Origin: an uncultured Gammaproteobacteria bacterium
GTDB taxonomy: Bacteria > Pseudomonadota > Gammaproteobacteria > JAURND01
Direction: 5' to 3'
Assembly: GCA_963714975.1 (NCBI GenBank)
Contig: CAVQQD010000002.1
Coordinates: forward strand, 64,001-128,000
DNA length: 64,000 nt
Shown: positions 30,507 to 40,781 of the stretch, piece by piece
How positions within the stretch are numbered: the stretch's first letter is position 1
Layout: every line of letters begins with the position of its first letter
The notes under the pieces: model-generated
What the model saw: only the letters and a program-made list of their open reading frames with translations
Databases searched by the model: none
Told to the model about the DNA's origin: nothing
Position numbers and translations under genes: made by a program

Positions 30507-31997
30507 TTATTTTTCATCGTTGATGTAATTTTCTAAAATTTTTAAGTTCTCGACCGGAAAAAACAAGCCTACCTTGCTTCGTCGCCATAAAATATCTTCA
30601 GCAGTTTGCGCCCATTCTTTTTGCATTAGATAATCTATTTCGCATTGATAAAGATCTGCGCCAAATTTCCTACCTAAGTCTGCCAAGTTTTTTCTTTCCT
30701 GCAAAAAATCCTGTGCGAGAGATCCATAACTGTATACATAGCGCGTTGCTAATTCGCTAGATAACCAAGGGTATTGAGCTGAAAATTCACGGTGATACGC
30801 TTGTATGTCCTGGTTAGGGATATTTCCTCCTGGGAGAGGACCGTTCGTGGTCCAAGCAGGTCCCATCTTAGGAAAAAATGGCGCTAATTTTGCTAGCGCG
30901 TGTTCTGCTAATTTGCGATAGGTAGTAATTTTCCCGCCAAACACTGAGAGTAATGGGCAAGTGTTCTCGCTGGCATTGAGCTCTAGAAAATAGTCACGCG
31001 AAATCTCGCTTGAGTTTGCAATGTTGTGGTTGTGTAAAGGCCTAACCCCAGCATATGACCAAATTACCTGATTAGGAGATATCGATTGCCTAAAATAGTG
31101 ATTTACCGCGTCACACAAATAGCGCACTTCGTCTGGGCTAATTTGCGCAGCAGCAGGATCTCCTTGGAATGGAATATCCGTGGTGCCGATTAAACTGAAA
31201 TGCTGTAGATAGGGTATAACAAAAATAACTCGCTTATCAGCATTGATAAGAATAAAAGCATATTTCTCAGGATAAAGTTTAGGAATCACGATATGGCTAC
31301 CTTTGACTCCTGTTATATGGTGCATTGAGTCAAGGTGTAGCGTTTGCTGTAGAATACTATCAACCCAGGGGCCGGTGGCATTTATTAGCGTATGAGCAAG
31401 CAAAGTCGTTTTTGTCTGGTCACGGGTGTTTTCTAAAGTAACTTCCCATCCTTGTGAGCTGCGAGTGGCTGCTATTACGCGCGTGCGCGTGCGGATATCG
31501 GCGCCTAATTGCCGTGCTTGCAGTGCATTTAACACCACTAACCGCGCATCATCGACTTGGCAATCATAGTAACTAAAGCCAAGCGAGAATTGTTCTTTTA
31601 ATAGTTGACCAGCACGGTGATTTCTATAACGAATTGTTTGCGACTTAGGTAATTCATGGCGCTTACCAAGATGATCATAAATAAATAAGCCTAAACGGAG
31701 CATCCAAGCGGGTTTCAGCTGGGGATTGTGAGGTAAAATAAATTGTAGGGGGTGAATAATGTGCGGGGCTTTTTTTAGCAAGATCTCTCGTTCCTGCAGG
31801 GCTTCTTTGACTAAACGAAACTCATAATGTTCTAAATAACGTAGCCCGCCATGGATTAATTTACTGCTTTTTGAGGAGGTGGCACTAGCTAAATCGCCCT
31901 GTTCGCAGAGTAAAACGCGCAAACCCCGCCCAGCAGCATCTGCGGCAATGCCCACCCCATTAATTCCACCGCCGATGATTAGCAGATCAATAACCAT
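30507..31997 (-). CDS. glpD: Aerobic glycerol-3-phosphate dehydrogenase
   Basis: IGGGING, TSSKSSKLIHGGLRYLE, GGKITTYR. Confidence 0.96.
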   Translation of the reverse strand: MVIDLLIIGGGINGVGIAADAAGRGLRVLLCEQGDLASATSSKSSKLIHGGLRYLEHYEFRLVKEALQEREILLKKAPHIIHPLQFILPHNPQLKPAWMLRLGLFIYDHLGKRHELPKSQTIRYRNHRAGQLLKEQFSLGFSYYDCQVDDARLVVLNALQARQLGADIRTRTRVIAATRSSQGWEVTLENTRDQTKTTLLAHTLINATGPWVDSILQQTLHLDSMHHITGVKGSHIVIPKLYPEKYAFILINADKRVIFVIPYLQHFSLIGTTDIPFQGDPAAAQISPDEVRYLCDAVNHYFRQSISPNQVIWSYAGVRPLHNHNIANSSEISRDYFLELNASENTCPLLSVFGGKITTYRKLAEHALAKLAPFFPKMGPAWTTNGPLPGGNIPNQDIQAYHREFSAQYPWLSSELATRYVYSYGSLAQDFLQERKNLADLGRKFGADLYQCEIDYLMQKEWAQTAEDILWRRSKVGLFFPVENLKILENYINDEK

Positions 31998-32105
31998 AGC
32001 AATTCCCTTTCTTAAGTAATTTGACCGACGGGTGACGCGCGAGCCGAGACCCGATATACTCTTGCCTAGTTTAGCGAATATCAGCAAGAATTGCAGGTGG
32101 TGATT

Positions 32106-33275
32106 ATGACGAATAATTTTCTTCTATTTTCTATTTTTTTGATTTTTACTGGGGCAGCTGTATTATCCACGATTGCCTTATATACGCGGCAATCTTTGTT
32201 GGTTGCTTACATGATCCTGGGTATCCTCTTTGGTCCCTCTGGACTCAAGTTGGTCGGCGATTCTGCTGTAATAGTGGAAATCGGGGACGTGGGTATTATT
32301 TTTCTGCTTTTTTTGCTCGGCCTGCATTTGCAGCCACAGAGTTTGTGGCATCTGCTCCGTAAAATTAGTTGGATTGCACTGATAAGTTCCTTAGTGTTTG
32401 CCGGGATAGGTTTTGGCATAGGCTCCTTATTTGGTTATACCCTGATCGAAAGTGCGGTGATTGGGGCTGCTTGTATGTTTTCCAGCACCATTATTGGTTT
32501 AAAGTTATTGCCCACGACGGTTTTGCATCACCAGCACACGGGTGAAGTCATGATTGGAATATTATTACTGCAAGATATTATCGCCATTTTTCTCCTAATT
32601 ATCTTAAACAGCGCTCATGGTGGTGGTTTAAATTTTTTGAAGTTTGGCCTAGTCATGTTCTGGTTGCCGGTGCTATTGATCGCTGCTTTTGCAGTCGAAC
32701 GCTTTGTTTTGCGTCGATTATTTAGAAAATTTGATCGGATTCGTGAATACATGTTTCTATTAGCGATTGCCTGGTGTCTAAGTTTAGCCCAGCTTGCTAA
32801 TGCGGCTGGATTATCTGCAGAAATTGGTGCTTTCATTGCTGGAGTTTCCTTGGCAACGAGCCCAATCTCATTTTATATTGCAGAAAGTTTAAAGCCAGTT
32901 CGGGACTTCTTCTTGGTATTGTTTTTCTTCTCAGTGGGTGCGAGCTTCAATTTGACCTTCTTCAGTGAAGTGATCATTCCGTCCTTGATTCTTGCGGCAT
33001 TATTACTCATTATTAAGCCGGTATTGTTTCGTTTTTTACTCGGACAAGTGGGTGAGCCTAGACATGTGGCCTGGGAAGTGGGGTTTCGTTTGGGACAGAT
33101 TAGTGAATTTTCGTTATTATTGGTTTTTCTTGCTGTGCAGGAATCTTTAATTAGTCAGAATGTATCTAATTTGATTCAACTGGTAGCGATATTAACTTTT
33201 ATTCTTTCTTCTTATTTGGTGGTTATGCGCTTTCCTACCCCGGTGGCCATTTCAGATCGATTACGCAGAGATTGA
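32106..33275 (+). CDS. Cation:proton antiporter (CPA2)
   Basis: About 12 TM, SSTII, LLLQDI, QISEFS. Confidence 0.9.
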   Translation: MTNNFLLFSIFLIFTGAAVLSTIALYTRQSLLVAYMILGILFGPSGLKLVGDSAVIVEIGDVGIIFLLFLLGLHLQPQSLWHLLRKISWIALISSLVFAGIGFGIGSLFGYTLIESAVIGAACMFSSTIIGLKLLPTTVLHHQHTGEVMIGILLLQDIIAIFLLIILNSAHGGGLNFLKFGLVMFWLPVLLIAAFAVERFVLRRLFRKFDRIREYMFLLAIAWCLSLAQLANAAGLSAEIGAFIAGVSLATSPISFYIAESLKPVRDFFLVLFFFSVGASFNLTFFSEVIIPSLILAALLLIIKPVLFRFLLGQVGEPRHVAWEVGFRLGQISEFSLLLVFLAVQESLISQNVSNLIQLVAILTFILSSYLVVMRFPTPVAISDRLRRD

Positions 33276-33346
33276 GAGCCAAACGTCGTCCCTGCAAGGA
33301 TGCAGGGATCCAGTCCACAAGGACGTGAAAGTGTCGGAGCATAAAA

Positions 33347-34045
33347 ATGACATTATTTGCTATTTTAATTTGTATCGCCCTGCAACGTTATTTTAACCTG
33401 GGCGCGAATGGTTATTTGCGCTCTTGGTCAGAATCCTATGTACAAGGTATTTGGGCTATTTTAAGCGCTCTTCGCCTTGAAAATGGCTATGTAAAGCTTG
33501 GAGCTGCCTGCATACCCATCATGATTTTGATCAGTGTGTTGCAATATCTGCTGCATGGCATATGGTTTGAGTTACCGCAATTTATTTTAAATCTAGTGGT
33601 GCTCTTTTTCTGTATTGATTTTCGTAAGCTGCCAAATAGCTTGGCTGATTACCCGACTATTTTTTCAGTTTTGTTTTACTATCTGATACTAGGTCCTGTG
33701 GGAGCTTTGGTTTATGTTATGCTGGATTGTCTAAATATCGCTGAGGCTGGGAAAGTTAGAAATATCTTAGATTGGATTCCTGGACGGCTCGTTGGCTTGA
33801 GCTATGCTTTGGTTGGACATTTTGCCCATGGCTTTGCCTATTGGCGTAAGCATGCGATGTCAGAACTAAACTATGCTCGTGAATTTGCTTCTAAATCAGG
33901 AATGGCGGCCCTTGAGTTGGGTAATGCTAACGCAACAATCGCTGAGATATCTGAAAATACAGCGACTTCTGAGCTGGTAAGTAATGCCCTTATATTATGG
34001 ATTGCAGTTATCGCTGTGTTTACTTTGGTATCTTGGGTGTCATAA
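33347..34045 (+). CDS. AmpE/CobD-like membrane protein
   Basis: LGPVGALVY, ILDWIPGRLVGLSYALVGHF; upstream of aceE. Confidence 0.7.
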   Translation: MTLFAILICIALQRYFNLGANGYLRSWSESYVQGIWAILSALRLENGYVKLGAACIPIMILISVLQYLLHGIWFELPQFILNLVVLFFCIDFRKLPNSLADYPTIFSVLFYYLILGPVGALVYVMLDCLNIAEAGKVRNILDWIPGRLVGLSYALVGHFAHGFAYWRKHAMSELNYAREFASKSGMAALELGNANATIAEISENTATSELVSNALILWIAVIAVFTLVSWVS

Positions 34046-34059
34046 ACTTGGAGATTAAA

Positions 34060-36732
34060 ATGACAAATAATAAAATACCCTCATCAATGGATGTTGACCC
34101 GCTAGAAACGCAAGAGTGGCGAGATGCTCTAGCGTCTGTGGTTCGTGAAGAAGGCACCGAAAGAGCGGAATTTATCATTAATCAATTGTTACAAGAGGCT
34201 CCCAAACTTGGGGTTGCTTCTCCGGTTTCTTTAAATACCCCTTATCTCAATACGATATCTGTTGCGCAGGAAGAACCCTTGCCCCACAAGGTAGAAGAAA
34301 TAAACCGAGTTCTTTCTTTAATTCGATGGAACTCCATTATGTTGGTCTTGCGAGCAGGTGTGATTGATTCAGCCTTAGGGGGTCATTTAGCCACATTTGC
34401 TTCAGCAGCTGTATTGTATTTTATTGGATTTAGTTACTTCTTTCGGGCTAGAAATGAACAACATCTGGGCGATCTTATTTTTATCCAGGGCCACTCTGCT
34501 CCTGGGGTTTATGCCCAAGCGTTTTTGGAAGGGCGTTTGACGGAAGAACAATTAAATAACTTTCGACAAGAGGTGGGCGGCAAAGGCCTGTCTTCTTATC
34601 CTCATCCACGTACTATGCCGGATTTTTGGCAATTTCCTACGGTGTCAATGGGTTTGGGTCCTTTGCAAGCTATTTATCAAGCTCGATTTCTAAAATATCT
34701 GGAAAATCGCGGGTTACTTAAAGACCAGGGCCGCAAAGTCTGGGCTTTTTTGGGTGATGGAGAAATGGATGAGGTCGAATCTTTGGGAGGGATTACCGTC
34801 GCCACGCGTGAACAGTTGGATAATTTGATTTTTGTGGTGAACTGCAACTTGCAGCGTTTAGATGGTCCAGTGCGTGGCAATGGTAAAATTATCCAAGAGC
34901 TTGAAGCTTTATTTCGTGGCGCCGGTTGGCGAGTGATTAAAGTAATTTGGGGTAGTGGTTGGGATGCTTTATTTGCCAAAGATAAAACCGGCCTATTAAT
35001 GCAGCGTATGGAAGAATGTGTCGATGGTGATTACCAACGATTCAAATCGCAAAATGGCGCCTACGTGCGTGAGCATTTTTTTGGAAAATATCCCGAATTG
35101 CTCGAGTTAGTCAAAGACATGACTGATGATGAACTTTGGCAATTAGATCGTGGTGGAGATGATCCACAAAAAGTTTATGCAGCTTATGCAGCAGCAATGA
35201 AGCACCATCCTGGGCAGCCCACTATTATTTTGGCTAAAACTATTAAAGGGCATGGCTTAGGCACAGCGGGAGAAGCACAAAATATTGCCCATAATCTTAA
35301 AAAAATGGCAGTCGATGATCTTAAAGCCTTTGTCCGCCGTTTTAATTTGGATATTGCTGAAGAAGCTATTCGCGATCTACCGTTTTTTCGGCCGGATGAG
35401 CATAGCTCCGAAATTCAATTTCTCAAACTACGGCGACAAACAATGGGTGGAGACTTACCCAAACGCTATCACGAGTCCCCTGTATTAAAAGCCCCTGAAT
35501 TAACTGCCCTGGAGCCACTGCTGGAAGGCACAGATGACCGAGAAATTTCTACGACGATGGCTTTTGGTCGGATCATTACTATCCTATTAAAAGACAAAGT
35601 GATTGGATCGCACATTGTGCCAATAGTGGCTGATGAATCGCGCACCTTTGGCATGGAGGGTTTGTTTCGGCAAATCGGTATTTATTCCGTCGTTGGTCAA
35701 TTGTATGAACCAGTCGATAAGTCTCAAGTTATGTATTACCGAGAAGCTCGCAATGGGCAATTATTGCAGGAAGGGATCAATGAAGCGGGGGCAATCTGTT
35801 CTTGGATTGCTGGGGGTTCTGCTTATAGTACGCATGGCCTTCCCATGATTCCTTTTTATATTTTTTATTCCATGTTTGGCTTTCAGCGTATTGGTGATTT
35901 CACTTGGGCTGCAGGTGATATTCGTGCTCGCGGCTTTTTGTTAGGAAGTTTGGCGGGTCGCACGGCTCTAGCAGGCGAAGGGTTACAGCACGATGATGGC
36001 CATAGTTTGCTTTTGGCGAGCACCATCCCCTGTTGTATTAGTTATGATCCGACCTTTGCTTATGAGGTTGCGGTGATTGTTCAGTATGGCTTGAAGCGTA
36101 TGTACGAAGACCAGGAAGATGTGTTTTACTACATTACTTTAATGAATGAAAATTATACCCACCCTAAAATGCCCGAAGGTGTAGCAGAGGGGATTATCAA
36201 GGGTCTTTATTTGTTTCAAAAGGGTGATCCTAAAGCCAAGCTCAAAGTGCAATTGTTAGGATCTGGCGCTATATTGCGAGAAGCCATTGCAGCAGCCCAG
36301 TTATTGTTGGAGTTTGGAGTCAGTGCGGATGTGTGGAGTGCTCCTAGTTTTACCGAATTACGCCGCGAAGCATTAGCCGTAGAGCGTCATAATTTGTTGC
36401 ATCCCAAAGAAAAAGCCAAAATCAGTTATGTGACCCAGTGTTTGCAGAATCAAGCAGGACCCGTCGTTGCGGCGACAGATTATATGCGTTTATATGCCGA
36501 TCAAATTCGCCCCTTTGTGCGCCAGCCGTACTATGTGTTAGGCACCGATGGTTTTGGCATTAGTGATACTAGAGCAAATTTGCGCCACTATTTTGCCGTG
36601 AGTGCCTCGCACATTGCCTATATGGCATTGAAAGCTTTAGAAGAAGAAGGGCAAATTCCCATGTCCCAATTAATGAATGCACTGCGAAAATGGAATATTG
36701 ATACCGAAGCATTTGATCCGATGGATTTGTAG
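34060..36732 (+). CDS. aceE: Pyruvate dehydrogenase E1 (homodimeric)
   Basis: DVDPLETQEW, SSYPHP, TVSMGLGP, GDGEMDE, NLQRLDG, GEGLQH. Confidence 0.98.
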   Translation: MTNNKIPSSMDVDPLETQEWRDALASVVREEGTERAEFIINQLLQEAPKLGVASPVSLNTPYLNTISVAQEEPLPHKVEEINRVLSLIRWNSIMLVLRAGVIDSALGGHLATFASAAVLYFIGFSYFFRARNEQHLGDLIFIQGHSAPGVYAQAFLEGRLTEEQLNNFRQEVGGKGLSSYPHPRTMPDFWQFPTVSMGLGPLQAIYQARFLKYLENRGLLKDQGRKVWAFLGDGEMDEVESLGGITVATREQLDNLIFVVNCNLQRLDGPVRGNGKIIQELEALFRGAGWRVIKVIWGSGWDALFAKDKTGLLMQRMEECVDGDYQRFKSQNGAYVREHFFGKYPELLELVKDMTDDELWQLDRGGDDPQKVYAAYAAAMKHHPGQPTIILAKTIKGHGLGTAGEAQNIAHNLKKMAVDDLKAFVRRFNLDIAEEAIRDLPFFRPDEHSSEIQFLKLRRQTMGGDLPKRYHESPVLKAPELTALEPLLEGTDDREISTTMAFGRIITILLKDKVIGSHIVPIVADESRTFGMEGLFRQIGIYSVVGQLYEPVDKSQVMYYREARNGQLLQEGINEAGAICSWIAGGSAYSTHGLPMIPFYIFYSMFGFQRIGDFTWAAGDIRARGFLLGSLAGRTALAGEGLQHDDGHSLLLASTIPCCISYDPTFAYEVAVIVQYGLKRMYEDQEDVFYYITLMNENYTHPKMPEGVAEGIIKGLYLFQKGDPKAKLKVQLLGSGAILREAIAAAQLLLEFGVSADVWSAPSFTELRREALAVERHNLLHPKEKAKISYVTQCLQNQAGPVVAATDYMRLYADQIRPFVRQPYYVLGTDGFGISDTRANLRHYFAVSASHIAYMALKALEEEGQIPMSQLMNALRKWNIDTEAFDPMDL

Positions 36733-36776
36733 ACAGGTAGTTGGTTGAGGCGTATAGTTCTGACCAGTCTGACTAG
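36730..36776 (+). promoter_or_regulatory. Probable TA promoter and operator
   Basis: TAGACA-17-TATAGT followed by direct repeat CTGACCAG-T-CTGACTAG. Confidence 0.5.
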
Positions 36777-36791
36777 TTTAGGAGGGTCGCG

Positions 36792-37043
36792 ATGGCGAAG
36801 TGGCAAATCCAAGAAGCAAAGGCTCATTTAAGCCGAGTAGTGCGTGAGGCAGTAAGTGCTGGTCCTCAATATATTACTCATCGTGGAAAACCAATAGCTG
36901 TGCTCATTTCCCAGGAAGAATTTGAACATCTTACAAAGTCAAAGCTATCTTTTGTTGAGTTTATGCGACGATCACCGTTAAGGGGGATTAAGCTTAGGAT
37001 ACAGCGTGATCGATCAATGCCACGAGATATAGATGAATTATGA
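36792..37043 (+). CDS. Phd/YefM family antitoxin
   Basis: WQIQEAKAHLS.VV..A...GPQ.IT.RGKP.AVL. Confidence 0.92.
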   Translation: MAKWQIQEAKAHLSRVVREAVSAGPQYITHRGKPIAVLISQEEFEHLTKSKLSFVEFMRRSPLRGIKLRIQRDRSMPRDIDEL

Positions 37044-37046
37044 ATT

Positions 37047-37457
37047 ATGAATTATCTTCTAGACACCAATGTTATTTCTGAAATAGTCAGCCTAAAACCT
37101 AGTGTTAAAATATTAAAATGGTTTGATGTGATTCCCAGTAATGCGCTTTATCTTAGTGTGCTGTCATTGGGAGAAATTCGTAAAGGTGTAGAAAAAGTTA
37201 AGTTGGTAAACCGAAAAGAAGAATTAAGGCATTGGCTCGAACATGAGTTGACTGAGTGGTTTCGAGATAGATTATTACCAATTGATCAGGCTGTTGCGGA
37301 TAAATGGGGATGGTTACAAAGTCAGTTATCTAGAACCATGCCAGCTATAGATAGCTTGCTTGCAGCGACTGCTTTACATTATGATCTTTGTATTGTCACA
37401 CGTAATGTACAAGATTTTGATTGTCCTTTTTTAGAAGTGATTAATCCGTGGAATTGA
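37047..37457 (+). CDS. vapC: VapC family PIN-domain toxin
   Basis: YLLDTNVISE, GEI.KG, DSLLAATA, VTRNV.DF. Confidence 0.93.
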   Translation: MNYLLDTNVISEIVSLKPSVKILKWFDVIPSNALYLSVLSLGEIRKGVEKVKLVNRKEELRHWLEHELTEWFRDRLLPIDQAVADKWGWLQSQLSRTMPAIDSLLAATALHYDLCIVTRNVQDFDCPFLEVINPWN

Positions 37458-37509
37458 TAGAAATAAACCATGGGCGCAGTCTAATATTGAATCTTAAAGG
37501 AGAAGTTCC

Positions 37510-38799
37510 TTGTCCATACAAGAAGTTATAGTCCCTGATATTGGTGGCGCCAAAAATGTGGATGTCATTGAACTATTAGTAAAAGCAGGGGATAAAGTTG
37601 ATGTTGAAGGCTCTTTAATTACCTTAGAAAGTGACAAAGCCACGATGGAGGTTCCTTCTCCCTATGCGGGCGTGGTGAGGGAAATGAAGGTGAAAGTGGG
37701 TGATAAAGTATCGCAAGGCTCACTTATTCTTTTAATGGAGGTTGAAGAAAAAGAGGGAGAAAAAGCGGCTGCTCCTTCCGGGGAAGCTGAAGTTTCGGAG
37801 AAAGGCCCTGAAACCAAAGAAACTAAACCTTCTGAACCCAAGGAAACTGCTGCAGCATCTGCTCCTCCACCACCACAACCTTCTGCACCATCTTCTGAAT
37901 CTTCTGCTGAAGTACATGCCGGGCCAGGAGTGCGACGTTTAGCCAGAGAATTGGGGGTCGATTTAAATCAGGTTTCAGGCACTGGTGAACGAAAGCGTAT
38001 TACTAAAGAAGATGTGCAGCAATTTGTAAAATTTGCACTCGCCAGAAGTAGCGGGGCAGGCTTAGCAGTGTCGCCAGCTCCAGCGATTGATTTTGGCCAA
38101 TTTGGTGAAATCGAGACCAAGCCACTCAATAAAATCAAAAAATTAACCGGCATCAATGTTCATCGTAGTTGGGTGACAGTGCCGCATGTTACACAATTTA
38201 TCGAAGCAGATATTACCGAGTTAGAAGCGTTTCGTGAGCAACGAAAGATTCTCGCGGAAAAGCAAGGATTTAAATTAACGCCATTAGTTTTTATTATGAA
38301 AGCTGTAGTAGCAGCGTTGAAAAAATTCCCGCAATTTAATGCTTCCTTGAGCGGCAATGGCGAGTCGCTTATTTTGAAAAAATATTTTCACGTAGGTGTT
38401 GCTGTTGACACTCCCAACGGTCTAGTAGTACCCGTGATACGTAATGCCGATAAAAAAGGTTTATATGAATTAGCGCAAGAGTTGGCTAAAATCAGCACTA
38501 AAGCACGAGAAAAAGGCTTATCTCCTGCTGATATGCAGGGGGGGTGTTTTACTATCTCCAGCTTAGGTGGGATTGGTGGCACTGCGTTTACTCCAATCGT
38601 CAATGCACCTGAAGTAGCGATTTTAGGCGTTTCAAAAGCCAGCATGAAACCTATCTATCAAAATAATCAATTTGTCCCGCGCTTAATGTTACCACTGTCG
38701 TTATCCTACGATCATCGTGTCGTTGATGGGGCAGATGGTGCACGTTTTAGCGTGTTTTTAAGTGAATGCTTAGCAGAAATAAGAACTTTATTACTTTAA
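37510..38799 (+). CDS. aceF: Pyruvate dehydrogenase E2 (single lipoyl domain)
   Basis: LESDKATMEVP, E3-binding domain, DHRVVDG; TTG start. Confidence 0.96.
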   Translation: MSIQEVIVPDIGGAKNVDVIELLVKAGDKVDVEGSLITLESDKATMEVPSPYAGVVREMKVKVGDKVSQGSLILLMEVEEKEGEKAAAPSGEAEVSEKGPETKETKPSEPKETAAASAPPPPQPSAPSSESSAEVHAGPGVRRLARELGVDLNQVSGTGERKRITKEDVQQFVKFALARSSGAGLAVSPAPAIDFGQFGEIETKPLNKIKKLTGINVHRSWVTVPHVTQFIEADITELEAFREQRKILAEKQGFKLTPLVFIMKAVVAALKKFPQFNASLSGNGESLILKKYFHVGVAVDTPNGLVVPVIRNADKKGLYELAQELAKISTKAREKGLSPADMQGGCFTISSLGGIGGTAFTPIVNAPEVAILGVSKASMKPIYQNNQFVPRLMLPLSLSYDHRVVDGADGARFSVFLSECLAEIRTLLL

Positions 38800-38866
38800 T
38801 CTCTCTCCCAATTGGCCTTCGGCACCTTCTCCCACACGGGGAGAAGGAATTATGAGGATATAAAAA

Positions 38867-40285
38867 ATGAGCAAAGAAATTTCAACTGAAGTAGTCGTTA
38901 TTGGCAGTGGCCCGGGAGGGTATTCTGCGGCATTTCGAGCGGCTGACTTAGGGAAGCAAGTGATATTAGTGGAACGCTATCCTAGTTTAGGTGGCGTCTG
39001 TTTGAATGTGGGCTGTATTCCTTCCAAAGCGTTATTACACGCCGCGAAAGTCGTTGATGACGCCCACGATATGAGCGATTTCGGGATTAGTTTTGCCGAA
39101 CCCAAGATTAATTTAGAAAAACTTCGCGCTTGGAAAAATAAAGTCCTTGGTCGACTAACTGGTGGATTAAGTATGTTGGCTAAACAACGCAAAGTCACCG
39201 TAGTCACCGGGTTAGCTAAATTTACTTCTCCCACTCAAATTAAAGTGGCGACTAAAGAGGGTGAGACAGTCATTAATTTTCAACAAGCCATTATTGCGGC
39301 AGGATCGCGCCCGGTGAAATTGCCTTTTATTCCCGAGGATCCACGCATTATGGATTCAACGGGTGCTTTAGAGTTGCCAGCAACCAATGGGCGTTTGTTA
39401 GTTATTGGCGGCGGTATTATTGGCCTAGAAATGGCGACCGTTTATTCAGCCTTGGGTACTCAGATCAGTGTGGTAGAGTTTATGGATCAGTTAATTCCAG
39501 GGGCGGATAAAGAAGTGGTCGCGCCATTGCATAAACGGATTCAAAAACGTTATGAAAATATTTGGTTAAAAACTAAGGTCACTCAAGTTGAAGCCAAGAA
39601 AGACGGGTTGTATGTGAGTTTTGAAGGCGAAAATGCCCCGAAACAGCCGGAAAAATTTGCGCAAATTTTAGTCGCTGTGGGTCGTCAGCCTAATGGAGAT
39701 TTGCTAGCATTAGAAAAAGCTGGTCTTAGCACGGATGAACGTGGATTTATTCCTGTCGATTCACAATTGCGCACCAAAGTGCCCACAATTTATGCCATTG
39801 GCGATATTATTCCAGGACTGATGTTGGCCCATAAGGCTTCTGCCCAAGGTCGATTAGCGGCGGAAGTGATCAGTGGTTTAAAACATTATTTTGAGCCAAG
39901 AGCTATCCCCTCAGTGGCTTATACTGATCCAGAAATTGCTTGGGTGGGTGTCACAGAAAAAGAAGCCAAGGAAAAACAACTTACCTATGGTAAGGCGGTA
40001 TTTCCCTGGATGGCCAGCGGTCGCTCACTTTCTATGGGGCGTGATGAAGGTCTCACCCAGCTTTTATTTGATGAGAAAAGCCATCGCCTTATTGGTGCTG
40101 GTATTGTCGGTCCCAATGCCGGTGAGCTGATTGCTGAGCTTACTTTAGCAATAGAAATGGGTTGCATTGTCGATGACATTGCGCTTACCATACACCCACA
40201 TCCTACTTTATCTGAAACTATCATGATGGCGGCTGAGATGTTTGAAGGCACCATTACCGATCTTTATGTCCCTAGGAAGAAATAA
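38867..40285 (+). CDS. lpdA: Dihydrolipoyl dehydrogenase
   Basis: GGVCLNVGCIPSK, HPHPTLSE. Confidence 0.98.
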   Translation: MSKEISTEVVVIGSGPGGYSAAFRAADLGKQVILVERYPSLGGVCLNVGCIPSKALLHAAKVVDDAHDMSDFGISFAEPKINLEKLRAWKNKVLGRLTGGLSMLAKQRKVTVVTGLAKFTSPTQIKVATKEGETVINFQQAIIAAGSRPVKLPFIPEDPRIMDSTGALELPATNGRLLVIGGGIIGLEMATVYSALGTQISVVEFMDQLIPGADKEVVAPLHKRIQKRYENIWLKTKVTQVEAKKDGLYVSFEGENAPKQPEKFAQILVAVGRQPNGDLLALEKAGLSTDERGFIPVDSQLRTKVPTIYAIGDIIPGLMLAHKASAQGRLAAEVISGLKHYFEPRAIPSVAYTDPEIAWVGVTEKEAKEKQLTYGKAVFPWMASGRSLSMGRDEGLTQLLFDEKSHRLIGAGIVGPNAGELIAELTLAIEMGCIVDDIALTIHPHPTLSETIMMAAEMFEGTITDLYVPRKK

Positions 40286-40405
40286 TAATAAGAAGGGATT
40301 CCCCACTATTAAACGTGCCCGATTGCGTGCCCGTGCCCGGATAGAAAAATCGTGCACGCTTCTGGGATCTTCTGACCGCAGTTTTAATTACACCCGCTAG
40401 GTTTG

Positions 40406-40699
40406 TTAGGCATTCTCAGGACTTGGGTGGGCGAGAGGGGATTTTTGTCCTCTTTCTTTTTTGATTTGATCCCAAGCATCACCGAGCATCAGCCAGTGCA
40501 GGCTTTTATGGAGTAGATCGCAGTAGTGCATCGCTTGTGAAGCTCGGAGTATCATTGTTCCTGCTTCATGGCGGGAGTATTCTTTGAGTGAAAGCCCGTG
40601 GGCTTGGCAAAATTGCTCGGCTGAGTCAAAACCAGCTTCTTCTCTTGCCTGCTTGAGCCTGGCGGCAATTTCCTTGCGGAGTTGTATTTGCCCTAGCAT
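40406..40699 (-). CDS. XRE-family HTH protein
   Basis: IAARLKQAREEAG...Y.RHEAG...SLHWLMLG. Confidence 0.8.
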   Translation of the reverse strand: MLGQIQLRKEIAARLKQAREEAGFDSAEQFCQAHGLSLKEYSRHEAGTMILRASQAMHYCDLLHKSLHWLMLGDAWDQIKKERGQKSPLAHPSPENA

Positions 40700-40781
40700 A
40701 TTTCTCCCCCAGTATTGTATGCCACGGAAGTTTAGCATACACTGTTTGTCACCTCATAGTATTAAAGGCCTGGTTTTCTCT

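Noticed and set aside
40315-40360. CGTGCCCG short repeats after lpdA
   Set aside because: Too short and irregular to assign
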